DNA of 51,991 bases from positions 1-51,991 of IMG/VR virus record IMGVR_UViG_3300042340_000122; one strand, written 5' to 3'. Both the position numbers and the translations under genes were made by a program. Source of the DNA: a virus (Duplodnaviria; Caudoviricetes). The notes under the pieces were generated by a model, which was not told where the DNA came from, did not search any database, and worked only from the letters and a program-made list of their open reading frames with translations. Position 1 is the stretch's first letter, and each line of letters opens with the position of its first letter. Of the stretch, positions 35,826-45,130 are shown in pieces.

Positions 35826-36163
35826 GTGGAGCGAACACCCGCCCCCAATCTGAACTGTACCGGGACGCGGCCCAGAGATGGGTCGATCTGGATGCTGCCG
35901 CTCGGATTCTTGAGGACACCAAGTCGGCAATATTCAGCCAGAAGGTGCTGGGGCTCATGGCTGAGTTCCCCCATTACTCTGTCTCCAAGGCAGAAATGAA
36001 GATCAAGGGAAGCGACGAGTGGATCGACCATTTGGACAAGGTAGCCAGAGCCAGGACGAGGGCAAACGAAGCTCGCATCCACGTTGACTACGTGAAGATG
36101 CAAGCAATGGAGCAGCAGTCTAAAGAGGCTTACGAACGGCAAGAGATGAGGATGGTGCGATGA
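35822..36163 (+). CDS. Hypothetical helical protein
   Basis: GTGA coupling; VSKAEMKIK coiled-coil. Confidence 0.55.
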   Translation: MSGANTRPQSELYRDAAQRWVDLDAAARILEDTKSAIFSQKVLGLMAEFPHYSVSKAEMKIKGSDEWIDHLDKVARARTRANEARIHVDYVKMQAMEQQSKEAYERQEMRMVR

Positions 36164-36523
36164 AGTGGTTTCTCATTGTTTACATCACGAATGGTGGTCT
36201 TGGTCTTAGCGTTACCGACATGCCATCCGAGGCTGTGTGCATGAAGGTGGCGGAACAGGTGATTGATACGATCTCAACTACACGAGGAACGGCAGCAATA
36301 ACGAGGTGCGTGGGGGTGAGGCAATGACCATCCTTCTCACACTGTACTTGGCCGGAATGCCTTTAGCTCTCGCAACGCTTCTATGGGCGCTGTGGGAAGT
36401 GCCTGACGACGACTGGCGGGATCTTCTGACGCTGCCTGGCTTTGCGGCGCTGCTGGTCTGGGTGGTGTTCTGGCCGGTCTTTCTGGCGATCAGCCTTTAC
36501 GAAGTTTTGTCGGAGGGCAGCGA

Positions 36524-36976
36524 ATGAGCAGTGACCTTGTTACCCGCGCAGTGTCGCGCGATGAAGCGCACGAAATTGCAAGGCGGCTTATCAACTCCCA
36601 TTTCCGTCAGGAGCCGTGCGCGCGTGTATCGATCCCGGCCAACCCTGACCCTGACGACGACTTGCTTATTCACGCGCACATTGAACAGCAGGCTGCAAGG
36701 ATCGAAGCCCTTGAGGGTGAGGTGGCGCGGTTAAACAAAGCGCACAACGAGAGGTTGAAGCAGAACACCCTTGAGCGTGCAGCAACGCACAAGCAGTTTC
36801 ACCGCGCCGAGGCCGCAGAAGCACGCGCGGAGCGGCTGCGTGTGGCGCTAGAGGAGGCAGTCGCGTGGATGAACGGATGCGCTGTGTCCGGTGGCTATCC
36901 GGCGTGGCACGCGAAGGCAATCAAAGCCCTACAGGACGACAAGCCCATTCGCGCTGCGGCAGGTGGTGAGGGATGA
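36524..36976 (+). CDS. Hypothetical coiled-coil protein
   Basis: GGAGG SD; ATGA coupling. Confidence 0.6.
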   Translation: MSSDLVTRAVSRDEAHEIARRLINSHFRQEPCARVSIPANPDPDDDLLIHAHIEQQAARIEALEGEVARLNKAHNERLKQNTLERAATHKQFHRAEAAEARAERLRVALEEAVAWMNGCAVSGGYPAWHAKAIKALQDDKPIRAAAGGEG

Positions 36977-37839
36977 CTGACCCATTCCTGATTACCGGTC
37001 CCGCCATTATCTCGTTCTCAGGAGGCAGGACCAGCGGCTACATGCTGTGGCGGATCATCCAAGCCCACGGGGGCACGCTCCCGCAGGATGTACATGTGGT
37101 CTTTGCAAACACGGGTAAGGAGTTCGAAAAGACCCTGACATTTGTGAACAACTGCGCGAAGCACTGGGGCTGCATCATTGCCTGGGTCGAGTGGCGGCGG
37201 GCGAAGCCGTACTTTGAGATTGTGACCCACACGTCGGCGTCCAGGAAGGGCGAACCGTTTGCGGACCTGATCACGGCGAAGCAGCATGTGCCCAACCCGC
37301 TCAAGCGGTTCTGCACGCAGGATCTCAAGATGAAGCCGATCGAGAGGTTCATGCGGGCGCACAAGTACAAGGCTTGGAAGAATGTTGTTGGGCTGCGGTA
37401 TGACGAGGGGCACCGGGTGATGAAGGCTCTCGCGCGCAACGACGAGCAAAAGTACCGGTGGGAGACGGTCATGCCGCTGTCGAAGGCGAAGGTCACGAAG
37501 GCGGACGTGATGGCATTCTGGCGGGCGCAGCCGTTCGACCTGGAGTTGATGGGCTACGAGAGCAATTGCGACCTGTGCTTCCTCAAGCGACCTTCCTTCC
37601 AGACCCCTTTGATCAGGGACAACCCTGGCATCGAGGATTGGTGGTCAGCGCAGGAAGAAAAGACCGGGCGCACGTTTGTGTCTGGAAGGCCGATAAAGCA
37701 GTTCGCGCAGAACGTCAGGGACCAAATTGAACTGCCGTTCAGCCACGTTGACGATGAGGAGTATGATGTGGAGTGCGGGCTGAGTTGCGCGGGAGATGAT
37801 GCTGACCCCATTCACGCTGCGGCAGGGGGTGGGAAATGA
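36973..37839 (+). CDS. PAPS-reductase-like adenine nucleotide alpha-hydrolase
   Basis: ISFSGGRTS PP-loop, FANTGKE, RFCT..LK, GLRYDE, NCDLCFLK. Confidence 0.85.
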   Translation: MTDPFLITGPAIISFSGGRTSGYMLWRIIQAHGGTLPQDVHVVFANTGKEFEKTLTFVNNCAKHWGCIIAWVEWRRAKPYFEIVTHTSASRKGEPFADLITAKQHVPNPLKRFCTQDLKMKPIERFMRAHKYKAWKNVVGLRYDEGHRVMKALARNDEQKYRWETVMPLSKAKVTKADVMAFWRAQPFDLELMGYESNCDLCFLKRPSFQTPLIRDNPGIEDWWSAQEEKTGRTFVSGRPIKQFAQNVRDQIELPFSHVDDEEYDVECGLSCAGDDADPIHAAAGGGK

Positions 37840-38003
37840 CCGCACTGGCAGGCGAGCAGAACGTCAGCGCGAAACTGACCGAGGAGCAGGCGCGCGAGAT
37901 CAAGCGCAGCCGTGAACCGCTCCTGGTTCTCGCCGCGCGTTACGATGTGAGCATCTACACGGTGTGGGCGATACGCACCGGGAAGCGTTGGGGTCACCTA
38001 TGA
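37836..38003 (+). CDS. Small HTH protein (resembles the DNA-binding tail of HNH endonucleases)
   Basis: Translated manually: GEQNVSAKLTEEQAREIK...LAARYDVS...IRTGKRW; ATGA coupling at both ends. Confidence 0.65.
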   Translation: MTALAGEQNVSAKLTEEQAREIKRSREPLLVLAARYDVSIYTVWAIRTGKRWGHL

Positions 38004-38314
38004 TAACTCAGTGGGCTGAAACGCAGATTGATAGTTCGCATTTACCTGAACATTACGACGGACCTTCTCACGGGCACACATGGTTCATTCGGGTTGGCCG
38101 CATTGTCTCAGAAGCAGAAGCGTTTCCGAGCGTGCTTGAGTGGCACGAAAAGATTGCTGGCATCGCGGCGAAGTACGACCACCGTCCGCTGAAAAAGGGT
38201 GAAGGGTTGGCGGAGCAACTCGCAATGCTGATTGGCGCAGAAAGCGGCGCGGACTTTGTAGAGGTTTGGAGATTTATTAGGGGCGGGAAGATTGCCGCTC
38301 AATGGTCAAAATGA
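38000..38314 (+). CDS. QueD/6-pyruvoyl-tetrahydropterin synthase-like protein
   Basis: DSSHL...HGHTW...YDH...EQLA, matching the T-fold H/HxH/DH/E pattern. Confidence 0.62.
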   Translation: MITQWAETQIDSSHLPEHYDGPSHGHTWFIRVGRIVSEAEAFPSVLEWHEKIAGIAAKYDHRPLKKGEGLAEQLAMLIGAESGADFVEVWRFIRGGKIAAQWSK

Positions 38315-39000
38315 TCCATTTTCACGGCACACCACTGACGCCCATCGAAGCCTTGTACAGCTTGGCCGGGAGAAACTTCTGCGTCTCGTTTGCACGGCCC
38401 GATGATATGCGTCGGGTCGCGGCTATTGCGTCTCCATTTATGCTTGATAACGGTGCCTTCAGCCAGTTCAAGCGCGGGTACAAGACAGACTGGAAAGCCT
38501 ATTATGCATTCTGCGAGGAGTGGCTGTACCCAGGCGCGTTCGCTGTCATACCCGACGTTATCGACGCCGGAACGCAGGAGCAGGATGCGCTCATTCGCGA
38601 GTGGCCGCATGGTCACCGGGGCGCACCTGTCTGGCACATGGATGAGCCAATACACCGGCTGGTGAGGCTCACGCAGGAGTGGCCGCGCGTGTGCATCGGG
38701 TCCACTGCTGAATACTGGGTGGTCATGTCCGAGGCATGGCAGCGCCGGATGGATGAAGCCTGGACTGAACTGAACAAGCACCACCGCTTCACGCCTCAAG
38801 TCCACATGCTGCGTGGAATGCAGCTCAGTGGCGAGCGGTGGCCCTTTTCGAGCGTCGATAGTACGGACGTGGCCCGCAACTGGAAGTCTCGCGACATGAC
38901 AGCCCTGCAAATGGCTGACAGGTGGGACAAGGTCCAATGCCCCGGCAGATACCAACCCGTACCCCATGAACAACTGGAGTTGACCAATGCAGTTCGCTGA
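38302..39000 (+). CDS. Queuine tRNA-ribosyltransferase (TGT)/DpdA-like protein
   Basis: MLDNGAFS, IPDVI, PVWH, VHMLRG, SVDST motifs; adjacent to the QueD-like gene. Confidence 0.6.
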   Translation: MVKMIHFHGTPLTPIEALYSLAGRNFCVSFARPDDMRRVAAIASPFMLDNGAFSQFKRGYKTDWKAYYAFCEEWLYPGAFAVIPDVIDAGTQEQDALIREWPHGHRGAPVWHMDEPIHRLVRLTQEWPRVCIGSTAEYWVVMSEAWQRRMDEAWTELNKHHRFTPQVHMLRGMQLSGERWPFSSVDSTDVARNWKSRDMTALQMADRWDKVQCPGRYQPVPHEQLELTNAVR

Positions 39001-39220
39001 TCTGATGGAACTGTTCCGCGAGGGGCAGAACGAAGGACGGAAACGCGGATATGTGACCCAAGGCGCATGTGACGCCACGGGTATCCGAGCCGTTGTGACC
39101 GCCATACAAAATGAGTTTCGGGAGGACTACGGCGTGTGGGAGCGGTTCAGCAAAATCCTCGCCAGCGATGGCGAGGAGGCTCCAGCCATTCGCGCTGCGG
39201 CAGGGGAGGAAGGGAAGTGA
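38987..39220 (+). CDS. Hypothetical protein
   Basis: GGAG SD; ends in the repeated IRAAAG cassette. Confidence 0.55.
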   Translation: MQFADLMELFREGQNEGRKRGYVTQGACDATGIRAVVTAIQNEFREDYGVWERFSKILASDGEEAPAIRAAAGEEGK

Positions 39221-39272
39221 GCGGGGGCCGCATGACTGACCGCCGCGCAGAGGCTGACAAGGAAGGTGAGGG

Positions 39273-39845
39273 ATGAAGCCCATCGGCCCCGTCTTTGACG
39301 CCGAGTGGAGATCATATTGCCGGGTGGTCCCTATCACGCGGCACATGGCATCGCGGGCCATAGCAAAGCACTACCTCGGAAAATGGCCGGGAGTGACCGT
39401 GTTGACGCTTGGGCTGCTGAGAAATTGGGAGGTGCTGGGCGTGTGCGTGTTCGCCTTGCCGCCCCGTGAGACTGCGAAGCGGTACGGCTGCACAGTGTGG
39501 GAACTTGCGCGTCTTTGGATAGATGACGCGGTCCCGACTAACGCAGAGACGTTCCTGATCGGGCGCTCTATTCGATACGTCAGGCAGCACCACAAGTCTG
39601 TTGGCCTCATTGTGTCCTATGCCGACCCGTCAGCAGGTCACTCCGGGACCATCTACAAGGCATCTAACTGGAAGCCAGACGGCAGGACGGACGAGGGCAG
39701 GAAGACCCCGCGCGTGGACTATGTGTGCGCTGAGACGGGCAAGAAGTTTGCCAGGTCGTCCCATATCCCTGATGGCACCCAAGTAAACAAGGTGCCCCGT
39801 GTGTCCAAGTTCAGGTTTGTTTACCCGCTTGAAGGTGCAGCATGA
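39273..39845 (+). CDS. Mom-like (GNAT-fold) adenine modification protein
   Basis: HYLG, WELARLW, NAETFLIGRS, VSYAD...GHSGTIYKASNW. Confidence 0.75.
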   Translation: MKPIGPVFDAEWRSYCRVVPITRHMASRAIAKHYLGKWPGVTVLTLGLLRNWEVLGVCVFALPPRETAKRYGCTVWELARLWIDDAVPTNAETFLIGRSIRYVRQHHKSVGLIVSYADPSAGHSGTIYKASNWKPDGRTDEGRKTPRVDYVCAETGKKFARSSHIPDGTQVNKVPRVSKFRFVYPLEGAA

Positions 39846-39898
39846 CCGACGCAAAGCCCTACTCCATCGCTACTCTGGCTGAAAGGTGGTGGTGTTAG
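39842..39898 (+). pseudogene. Truncated excisionase-like HTH remnant
   Basis: MTDAKPYSIATLAERWWC* resembles the first helix of HTH excisionases; ATGA coupling; last position of the early arm. Confidence 0.4.
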
Positions 39899-40221
39899 GG
39901 GGATATTAGAACTCTCCCCGTAGGGTGGCTTTCACGGCATAACGCCGGGGAGGAAATGCTATGAGGAAAGTGGGATTGTGGGCGCTGGCCATTGGCGCAT
40001 TTATCTTTGATGCCGCAGTGGGCATTCTTGTTCTCATGCTGGCGTACACGGCATGAGAACGCTTCACAGACCGCCCCACGGCTGGGGGCATAAGCCAAAC
40101 GCAAGGCTGGGGGATTGGCTTCTCTTGGTCTTCATCCTGTTCTGCGGGGCGCAGTTCTTCCGCTGGATGGAGGCCACTATCGACGCGCTTCTGAGCCTGT
40201 AAAATAATTCTTGGTGGGGTG

Positions 40222-40250
40222 TTGACAATGCCCCATCGCTGCCCTATATA
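40222..40250 (+). promoter_or_regulatory. Sigma70 promoter
   Basis: TTGACA-17nt-TATATA. Confidence 0.65.
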
Positions 40251-40306
40251 CAGGACATGGACGCGGGCAGTGAGGCCCGGCCAAACCGGGCAGGAGGCCC
40301 ACGAAA

Positions 40307-40525
40307 ATGACAAACGAACAACTGATTGACTTGACGGTAGACGTCATCATCAACACTCGCGACTTTTGCGGAAACGAGAAAGAGGCGGCAATGGACTTTC
40401 TGGCAGACCATAACCTGCGAGGCTCCGCCGCCATCTCGATTTTCAAAGCCGCTAACTTCCGCGCCAACAAGGCTTGGAACGGTTTCCAGCGCGCAGCAGG
40501 CGTCCCTGAGAAGCACCTGTTTTGA
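40307..40525 (+). CDS. Hypothetical protein
   Basis: AGGAGG SD; downstream of its own promoter. Confidence 0.65.
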   Translation: MTNEQLIDLTVDVIINTRDFCGNEKEAAMDFLADHNLRGSAAISIFKAANFRANKAWNGFQRAAGVPEKHLF

Positions 40526-40725
40526 TGCGGGAACATCTCATCAAGTGCGGCGAGGCTCTATACGGGCCTCGCTTTCAGCGTGAACTGGCGGAAGCCTTGA
40601 AAGTCAATGAGCGCACAATGCGCCGATGGTTGGCAGGAGACACAAGCCCCCCTGAGAGCGTTCTGGATGACCTCAAAGCCTTAGCTCGGGAGCGCATCGC
40701 CTTACTGCGATGCCTTGTCAGCTAG
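40522..40725 (+). CDS. XRE-like HTH protein
   Basis: LYGPRFQRELAEALKVNERTMRRWLAG. Confidence 0.75.
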   Translation: MMREHLIKCGEALYGPRFQRELAEALKVNERTMRRWLAGDTSPPESVLDDLKALARERIALLRCLVS

Positions 40726-40983
40726 GCAGTATCGGATAACCCAGCCTGCCAGATCGTTATGGCGTTCACGGAGGGCATTGTATTTGCCGATGTCCTCCGC
40801 GTATTGGGCGAGCGTCTGCCCCTGATCCCTCACAGGTGTCTGTCCCGGCTCAGATAGGGCTGGGGCGGGCACGAGCAAGCTAGGGGCGGGCTGAGGACAC
40901 GGGCTACTCTCCGCCCTCTCGTAGCTTTTGCAACTGACCAGCGACAGGCTCAGGCAGATCACAGTCAGGGTTAATCTTGACAT
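40702..40983 (-). CDS. Outer-membrane spanin (Rz1-like lipoprotein)
   Basis: Lipobox LVSC, Pro-rich, overlaps the 3' end of the i-spanin gene. Confidence 0.75.
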   Translation of the reverse strand: MSRLTLTVICLSLSLVSCKSYERAESSPCPQPAPSLLVPAPALSEPGQTPVRDQGQTLAQYAEDIGKYNALRERHNDLAGWVIRYCLADKASQ

Positions 40984-41266
40984 ACTTCACGACCGTTTCT
41001 TTGACTGCTTTTACGTTTTTGACAATTTCCGCTTCTTTGTTTTTCAGGCGCAGTTCCGACAGTTGCGCCCTTGCAGCATCGCGCTCGTCGCGGGCGGTTT
41101 TCTTGTCGGCGTCTGATTTCACCCGACGCTGTAGCTCATTCCTGAGTTCCAGCCTTGCGACTTCAAGCAGGGCAGCATCAGCCCGCCATGTGGCAATCTT
41201 GAAGCCAAAGATGATGAGGGAGGCTACGAATAGCCCCGCCCCAATCGCCTTGAGATAGCCCAACAT
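40904..41266 (-). CDS. Inner-membrane spanin (Rz-like)
   Basis: N-terminal transmembrane helix, coiled coil, C-terminal Cys. Confidence 0.75.
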   Translation of the reverse strand: MLGYLKAIGAGLFVASLIIFGFKIATWRADAALLEVARLELRNELQRRVKSDADKKTARDERDAARAQLSELRLKNKEAEIVKNVKAVKETVVKYVKINPDCDLPEPVAGQLQKLREGGE

Positions 41267-41505
41267 CAGGGCTTCGGTGCGTTATTGACCGGCTGATTTG
41301 CCGCGCCCACGGCAGTCAGGGCAATCAGGATTGCGTTGATCTCGTTCAGATACGGGATTTCAAAGCCCACATTGAACTGCGTCAGCGCGACCGAGACAGC
41401 CACGATGAGAGCGGAAATTACGCTTGCCACAGCCGCCACTTTCGTCTTGATGCCAGGGAACCAGTTAAGGGCCTGAATGATGAGGTTGATGTAGTTCACT
41501 TGCAT
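41266..41505 (-). CDS. Small two-TM membrane protein (holin candidate)
   Basis: Hydrophobic helices; directly upstream of the spanins. Confidence 0.55.
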   Translation of the reverse strand: MQVNYINLIIQALNWFPGIKTKVAAVASVISALIVAVSVALTQFNVGFEIPYLNEINAILIALTAVGAANQPVNNAPKP

Positions 41506-41518
41506 TCTCCTGTTTCAA

Positions 41519-41548
41519 ATGGAAAAGGGAGGCAGCGAACCGCCTCCC
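41519..41548 (-). terminator. Intrinsic terminator
   Basis: GGGAGGCGG-TTCG-CTGCCTCCC followed by TTTTCCATTT on the minus strand. Confidence 0.7.
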
Positions 41549-41576
41549 ACCCGTCAGTTAAAGGCACCTAGTCAGC

Positions 41577-41894
41577 TCACTCCGTTACGGGAGTGCCGAC
41601 CACTACAGACGACGCTTCAGGGGACGCAAGGCCTTCGTATTCACCAAGCGAGAACGCAAGTTCCTTCACGCCTTCGCCAAGGTCCACGTCAGCCGTGCCA
41701 GCCACTGTGGCCAGACCCACACCACCAATGTCGAGCAGAGCCGAGAAGCCTGCGTCACTGGAAACAACCTCGACAACAGTGCCGAGCGTCGTCGTGACAG
41801 ACGGAACGCCATCAACCTTTGCAGCGTTGCCAGAAGCATCCACGAAATTGAACGGGATGCGAACCTTCTTTCCGAAATCTACGGTGAAAGCCAT
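41577..41894 (-). CDS. Hypothetical beta-sandwich-like protein
   Basis: Val/Gly/Thr-rich; AAGGAGAG SD. Confidence 0.6.
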   Translation of the reverse strand: MAFTVDFGKKVRIPFNFVDASGNAAKVDGVPSVTTTLGTVVEVVSSDAGFSALLDIGGVGLATVAGTADVDLGEGVKELAFSLGEYEGLASPEASSVVVGTPVTE

Positions 41895-42003
41895 TTGATA
41901 CTCTCCTTATCGTTGAGTTCTAAGGCGCACTTATTCGCACGGAAGCGTTTGCGCCATTCGCTCCGTGATATGTAATCCCTGCGTGTTAAACTCACGTGAA
42001 ACG

Positions 42004-42444
42004 TTAGCGAATGAACCGCTTTACACGCCTTGGGATTTTCCTGTGTTTCTCACTACGCACGCAACTTGCGACGTATCTTCTCATGTCTTCGATGACATGA
42101 TCTGGAACGGATAGACCCTCTCTTCTCAGGGTTGAGATGGTCCACTGCTCTGCTTCGTATTCCTGCTGAGATTCAGTTTCTGTCGCCCCGCCCGTATAGA
42201 GCGCTTCCATCTTTGAGCTATTTGCTTCTTCAGGAACAAAGTGCCTGAGCCAGAAGTGGGCGCATTCGTGGAGGAAGTAGGCGAGACCTTCTATCGTGTC
42301 CGGCCTAGGAGACAATATCTCCTCTTTCTTCAGACAGGCGTGGGCTGGTCTTAAAACAACCTTTCCATTCTTCTTCCGCTTCCACCGGATTCTGATAAAG
42401 GGTGGGGTGTAACGGTTTGCGATCTCTCGAAACCGTGCGGACAT
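42004..42444 (-). CDS. HExxH zinc metallopeptidase-like (ImmA/IrrE-like) protein
   Basis: FLHECAH...EYEAE. Confidence 0.6.
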   Translation of the reverse strand: MSARFREIANRYTPPFIRIRWKRKKNGKVVLRPAHACLKKEEILSPRPDTIEGLAYFLHECAHFWLRHFVPEEANSSKMEALYTGGATETESQQEYEAEQWTISTLRREGLSVPDHVIEDMRRYVASCVRSEKHRKIPRRVKRFIR

Positions 42445-42651
42445 CTACCCCTCGCTTTGCATGATCTTTGAAGCAGACACGCCAATTTCATACAGGTGGT
42501 TATCTAGGTCTGTGCCTGACTTGCCCCTTGCAGTGATGAACACTTCGAAAGGCACTGTCCAATTCCCCGTGTGATCCTGTTTGAACCCTACGGCAACTGT
42601 GAACGGACCCACTTGCTCAGTAATGGTAAGGCGTCGAGAGGGGATTGTCAT
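42445..42651 (-). CDS. Small TSCPD-like domain protein
   Basis: PFEVFITARGKSGTDLD. Confidence 0.45.
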   Translation of the reverse strand: MTIPSRRLTITEQVGPFTVAVGFKQDHTGNWTVPFEVFITARGKSGTDLDNHLYEIGVSASKIMQSEG

Positions 42652-42896
42652 TTTGCCACCCTGAGCTTGGGGGTTCCATCGTCCATTTCCCCGGTGTCAA
42701 TCAGCTTTGCAAGGGCATGGATGTAACTCAGGGTCTGGGAGGTAAGCGGTGGGTGCTCGGATGTGTTGTGCACTAGATGAGCCGCCAAAATTCGCGCGGC
42801 CTTTGCTGATGTATCTCCCCCTGCCGTAAGTGCATATGGCATTGGTTCGGTGGAGAGAGTGTAAGTTACCATCTGGTCTTCAGTGATATCAGTCAT
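42648..42896 (-). CDS. Hypothetical protein
   Basis: Operon coupling. Confidence 0.5.
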   Translation of the reverse strand: MTDITEDQMVTYTLSTEPMPYALTAGGDTSAKAARILAAHLVHNTSEHPPLTSQTLSYIHALAKLIDTGEMDDGTPKLRVAK

Positions 42897-44163
42897 GGTC
42901 CACCCTGATGCGTCGAATGGTTGTCAGTCCCCAGCGCGGATGTGTCCACCACATGGTCTGCGTGGGTGGCTCTGGCTCGCACCGCAATTCCGTCTTGGCG
43001 TACTCGCTGAAGCCCGCAAGGCACCCATTCGCGATGCCATTGGGCAACTGCATGGCAACGTGAAAGTGCCCCGTCAGAACGTAGTCAACCGGGCGACCCA
43101 TGCGCGCGAGTTGCTGCCGACATTTGAAGATGCCCTTGCTGATATTGGCGGCAGGCCCGATGAATCCGGAGCCGCCCCTTGACCCGATCCGGTCGCCGTG
43201 TGTCAGCAGGTAATTGGTGTTGAAGATGCTGAAGTATGCATCCCCGCTTGGAGGCGCGCAGAAGGTGATCCGCGTCTCACCCTTGGCCCGGAAGTAACTC
43301 TCCATCGCCCATATGGCGAGGTAGTCATACGAGAGCGCGGTGTATCTCTTCGACCGTGGCTTGAATGTCGTTCTGTCGTGATTGCCGGGGACCGAGTACA
43401 CCGTCACCTTGGGGACTGCACGAAGCAACTCCTCAAGCCCGCGTATCTCTTCCTCAATCACAACGCGCGTTTGTTCAGAGGGTGTACAGTCGTCAGTGGC
43501 CTCAAGATCCAGATGTATGGAGCCTGACACGGCATCACCGCCGCGAAGGTAGACCATGCCTGGATAGTCCATCTTTGGATTTTCCCGCTCCAGCAGCTTT
43601 ACGCTCGTCTTGATGAGCCTGCGGTATCGTTCGCGGAAGATGTCTTGGTTGTAGTCATTCGGGAAGTCCAACTCAGCAGAGCGGATGACCTCGCCGCATT
43701 GGAAGTCGCTGGTGAACAGTGTTGGGATTTCGGGCTGTGACTTGCCGGCAGACTTCGGCACTTGCCATTGGGGAATGGAAAGCTTTTCAGGAAGAAGGTT
43801 GAAGACCGACTTGCGGATGTCCTCAATCTGGGACGTGTACGCCAGCGCTTCGTCCAGCCGCTTGCGAAGTTCGCCGATCTGGTTCCGCGCCTTGACGCTG
43901 TCCGGTGTCTTCTCGGTTATCTTGTCCGCTTCTGGCCTTTTGTAGATGCTCCATTTGATTGGAGGCAGGCCAAGCGTCTCAGCGCGGGCAATGCTGCTCT
44001 GCAGGCTTGTGGGGCTGATCTTGAGCGCCTTGGCGGCGGTTCTAATTGCCCCGGCTCCGTGCTGACCGTGTGTACCGGGTGGCGGATAGCCCTTCCTCAA
44101 TGCGTCTTCTATGCTCGCCTTTCGGCGCTGCCATTCCTGCTTACTCAGCGATGGAGTCGGCAC
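42889..44163 (-). CDS. HTH + calcineurin-like metallophosphoesterase
   Basis: SDFQ.GE, GGD, GNHDR, HGD, GHFH motifs. Confidence 0.82.
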   Translation of the reverse strand: MPTPSLSKQEWQRRKASIEDALRKGYPPPGTHGQHGAGAIRTAAKALKISPTSLQSSIARAETLGLPPIKWSIYKRPEADKITEKTPDSVKARNQIGELRKRLDEALAYTSQIEDIRKSVFNLLPEKLSIPQWQVPKSAGKSQPEIPTLFTSDFQCGEVIRSAELDFPNDYNQDIFRERYRRLIKTSVKLLERENPKMDYPGMVYLRGGDAVSGSIHLDLEATDDCTPSEQTRVVIEEEIRGLEELLRAVPKVTVYSVPGNHDRTTFKPRSKRYTALSYDYLAIWAMESYFRAKGETRITFCAPPSGDAYFSIFNTNYLLTHGDRIGSRGGSGFIGPAANISKGIFKCRQQLARMGRPVDYVLTGHFHVAMQLPNGIANGCLAGFSEYAKTELRCEPEPPTQTMWWTHPRWGLTTIRRIRVDHD

Positions 44164-44360
44164 GCTTCACCTTTACCGTTCGGGGTAAAATGGATCAGAG
44201 TTTTGTGAGAATGTGATAAATGAGCGCGAGCGGGAAAAAACAGAGGACGCAGAAAACAAGGCTCGGAGCCGTCCAAAGCCAATCCACTTTCCAGATGTCC
44301 CAGTTTTCTATGCGCCTGTAGAAGATGCGCTCGGATGCGCGCTTTGTTGTTTTCGGCATG

Positions 44361-44612
44361 TCACTGCACCGGACCAACAAGCGCCTTCAAGCCAAAGTAG
44401 CCAAGCACCGCTGCGATGGTTCCGACAATGCCAGGGACTAGGAAAATCACATATTTTGCACCCTTGGCTTGGTTGAGCAAAGCAGTGAGTTCAGTGACCG
44501 TATCTTTAAGCTCTTTAACTTCAAGCTTCAGGTCTTTCACTTCCCCCGTGAGAGATGCCACCGTTCCTTGAAGTTGTCCGAAGTCACGATGCAAATCCAA
44601 ATCGCTAGCCAT
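44361..44612 (-). CDS. Coiled-coil + C-terminal TM protein (holin/antiholin candidate)
   Basis: Directly after the endolysin gene. Confidence 0.55.
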   Translation of the reverse strand: MASDLDLHRDFGQLQGTVASLTGEVKDLKLEVKELKDTVTELTALLNQAKGAKYVIFLVPGIVGTIAAVLGYFGLKALVGPVQ

Positions 44613-44614
44613 AC

Positions 44615-45121
44615 TTACGCCTCACTGTTGCTTATGGACGCAGATCCGACCGACGCAATCGGACCCACCCATTCCGGAATGATTGTCTGTGATGTTGGCC
44701 AGCGATAGGCCACGACGCGATCCATCGAGAAATCTGCAATCGAAACGCTATCCGACTGATTCCCCCCAATGATCCGGACAAGACGCTTTGCCCTGTCAGT
44801 AGAGAGATAGAACCCGACGTGACCCTGCCATGCAGTGGGGGGTCTGGAGAGAATTACGATACACCCCAGAACTGGGCTTGAGAGTTTCCGGCCCCATGTC
44901 TCGTAGGAACGTGCGTTAGCCTTTCCAGACCCTTGGATATTTGATCTCGCGAGCATTGCACCCACAAACGCAGCGCACCATGGAACTTCATCTTGCCCAT
45001 CCGCTACGTCAGAGAGTTTTGCATCGTTCCAGTATTTGATGATTTTGGGATTGTCGGGAGTTCCAGCAAACTCCTTCGTGCCAAGCTCACCGCGAGCGTG
45101 ACCCAACCAGATCGGTTCCAT
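44615..45121 (-). CDS. Endolysin, TIGR02594/NlpC-P60-like
   Basis: DEVPWCAAFV, GHVGF, GGNQSD. Confidence 0.85.
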   Translation of the reverse strand: MEPIWLGHARGELGTKEFAGTPDNPKIIKYWNDAKLSDVADGQDEVPWCAAFVGAMLARSNIQGSGKANARSYETWGRKLSSPVLGCIVILSRPPTAWQGHVGFYLSTDRAKRLVRIIGGNQSDSVSIADFSMDRVVAYRWPTSQTIIPEWVGPIASVGSASISNSEA

Positions 45122-45130
45122 GTGAATCCT

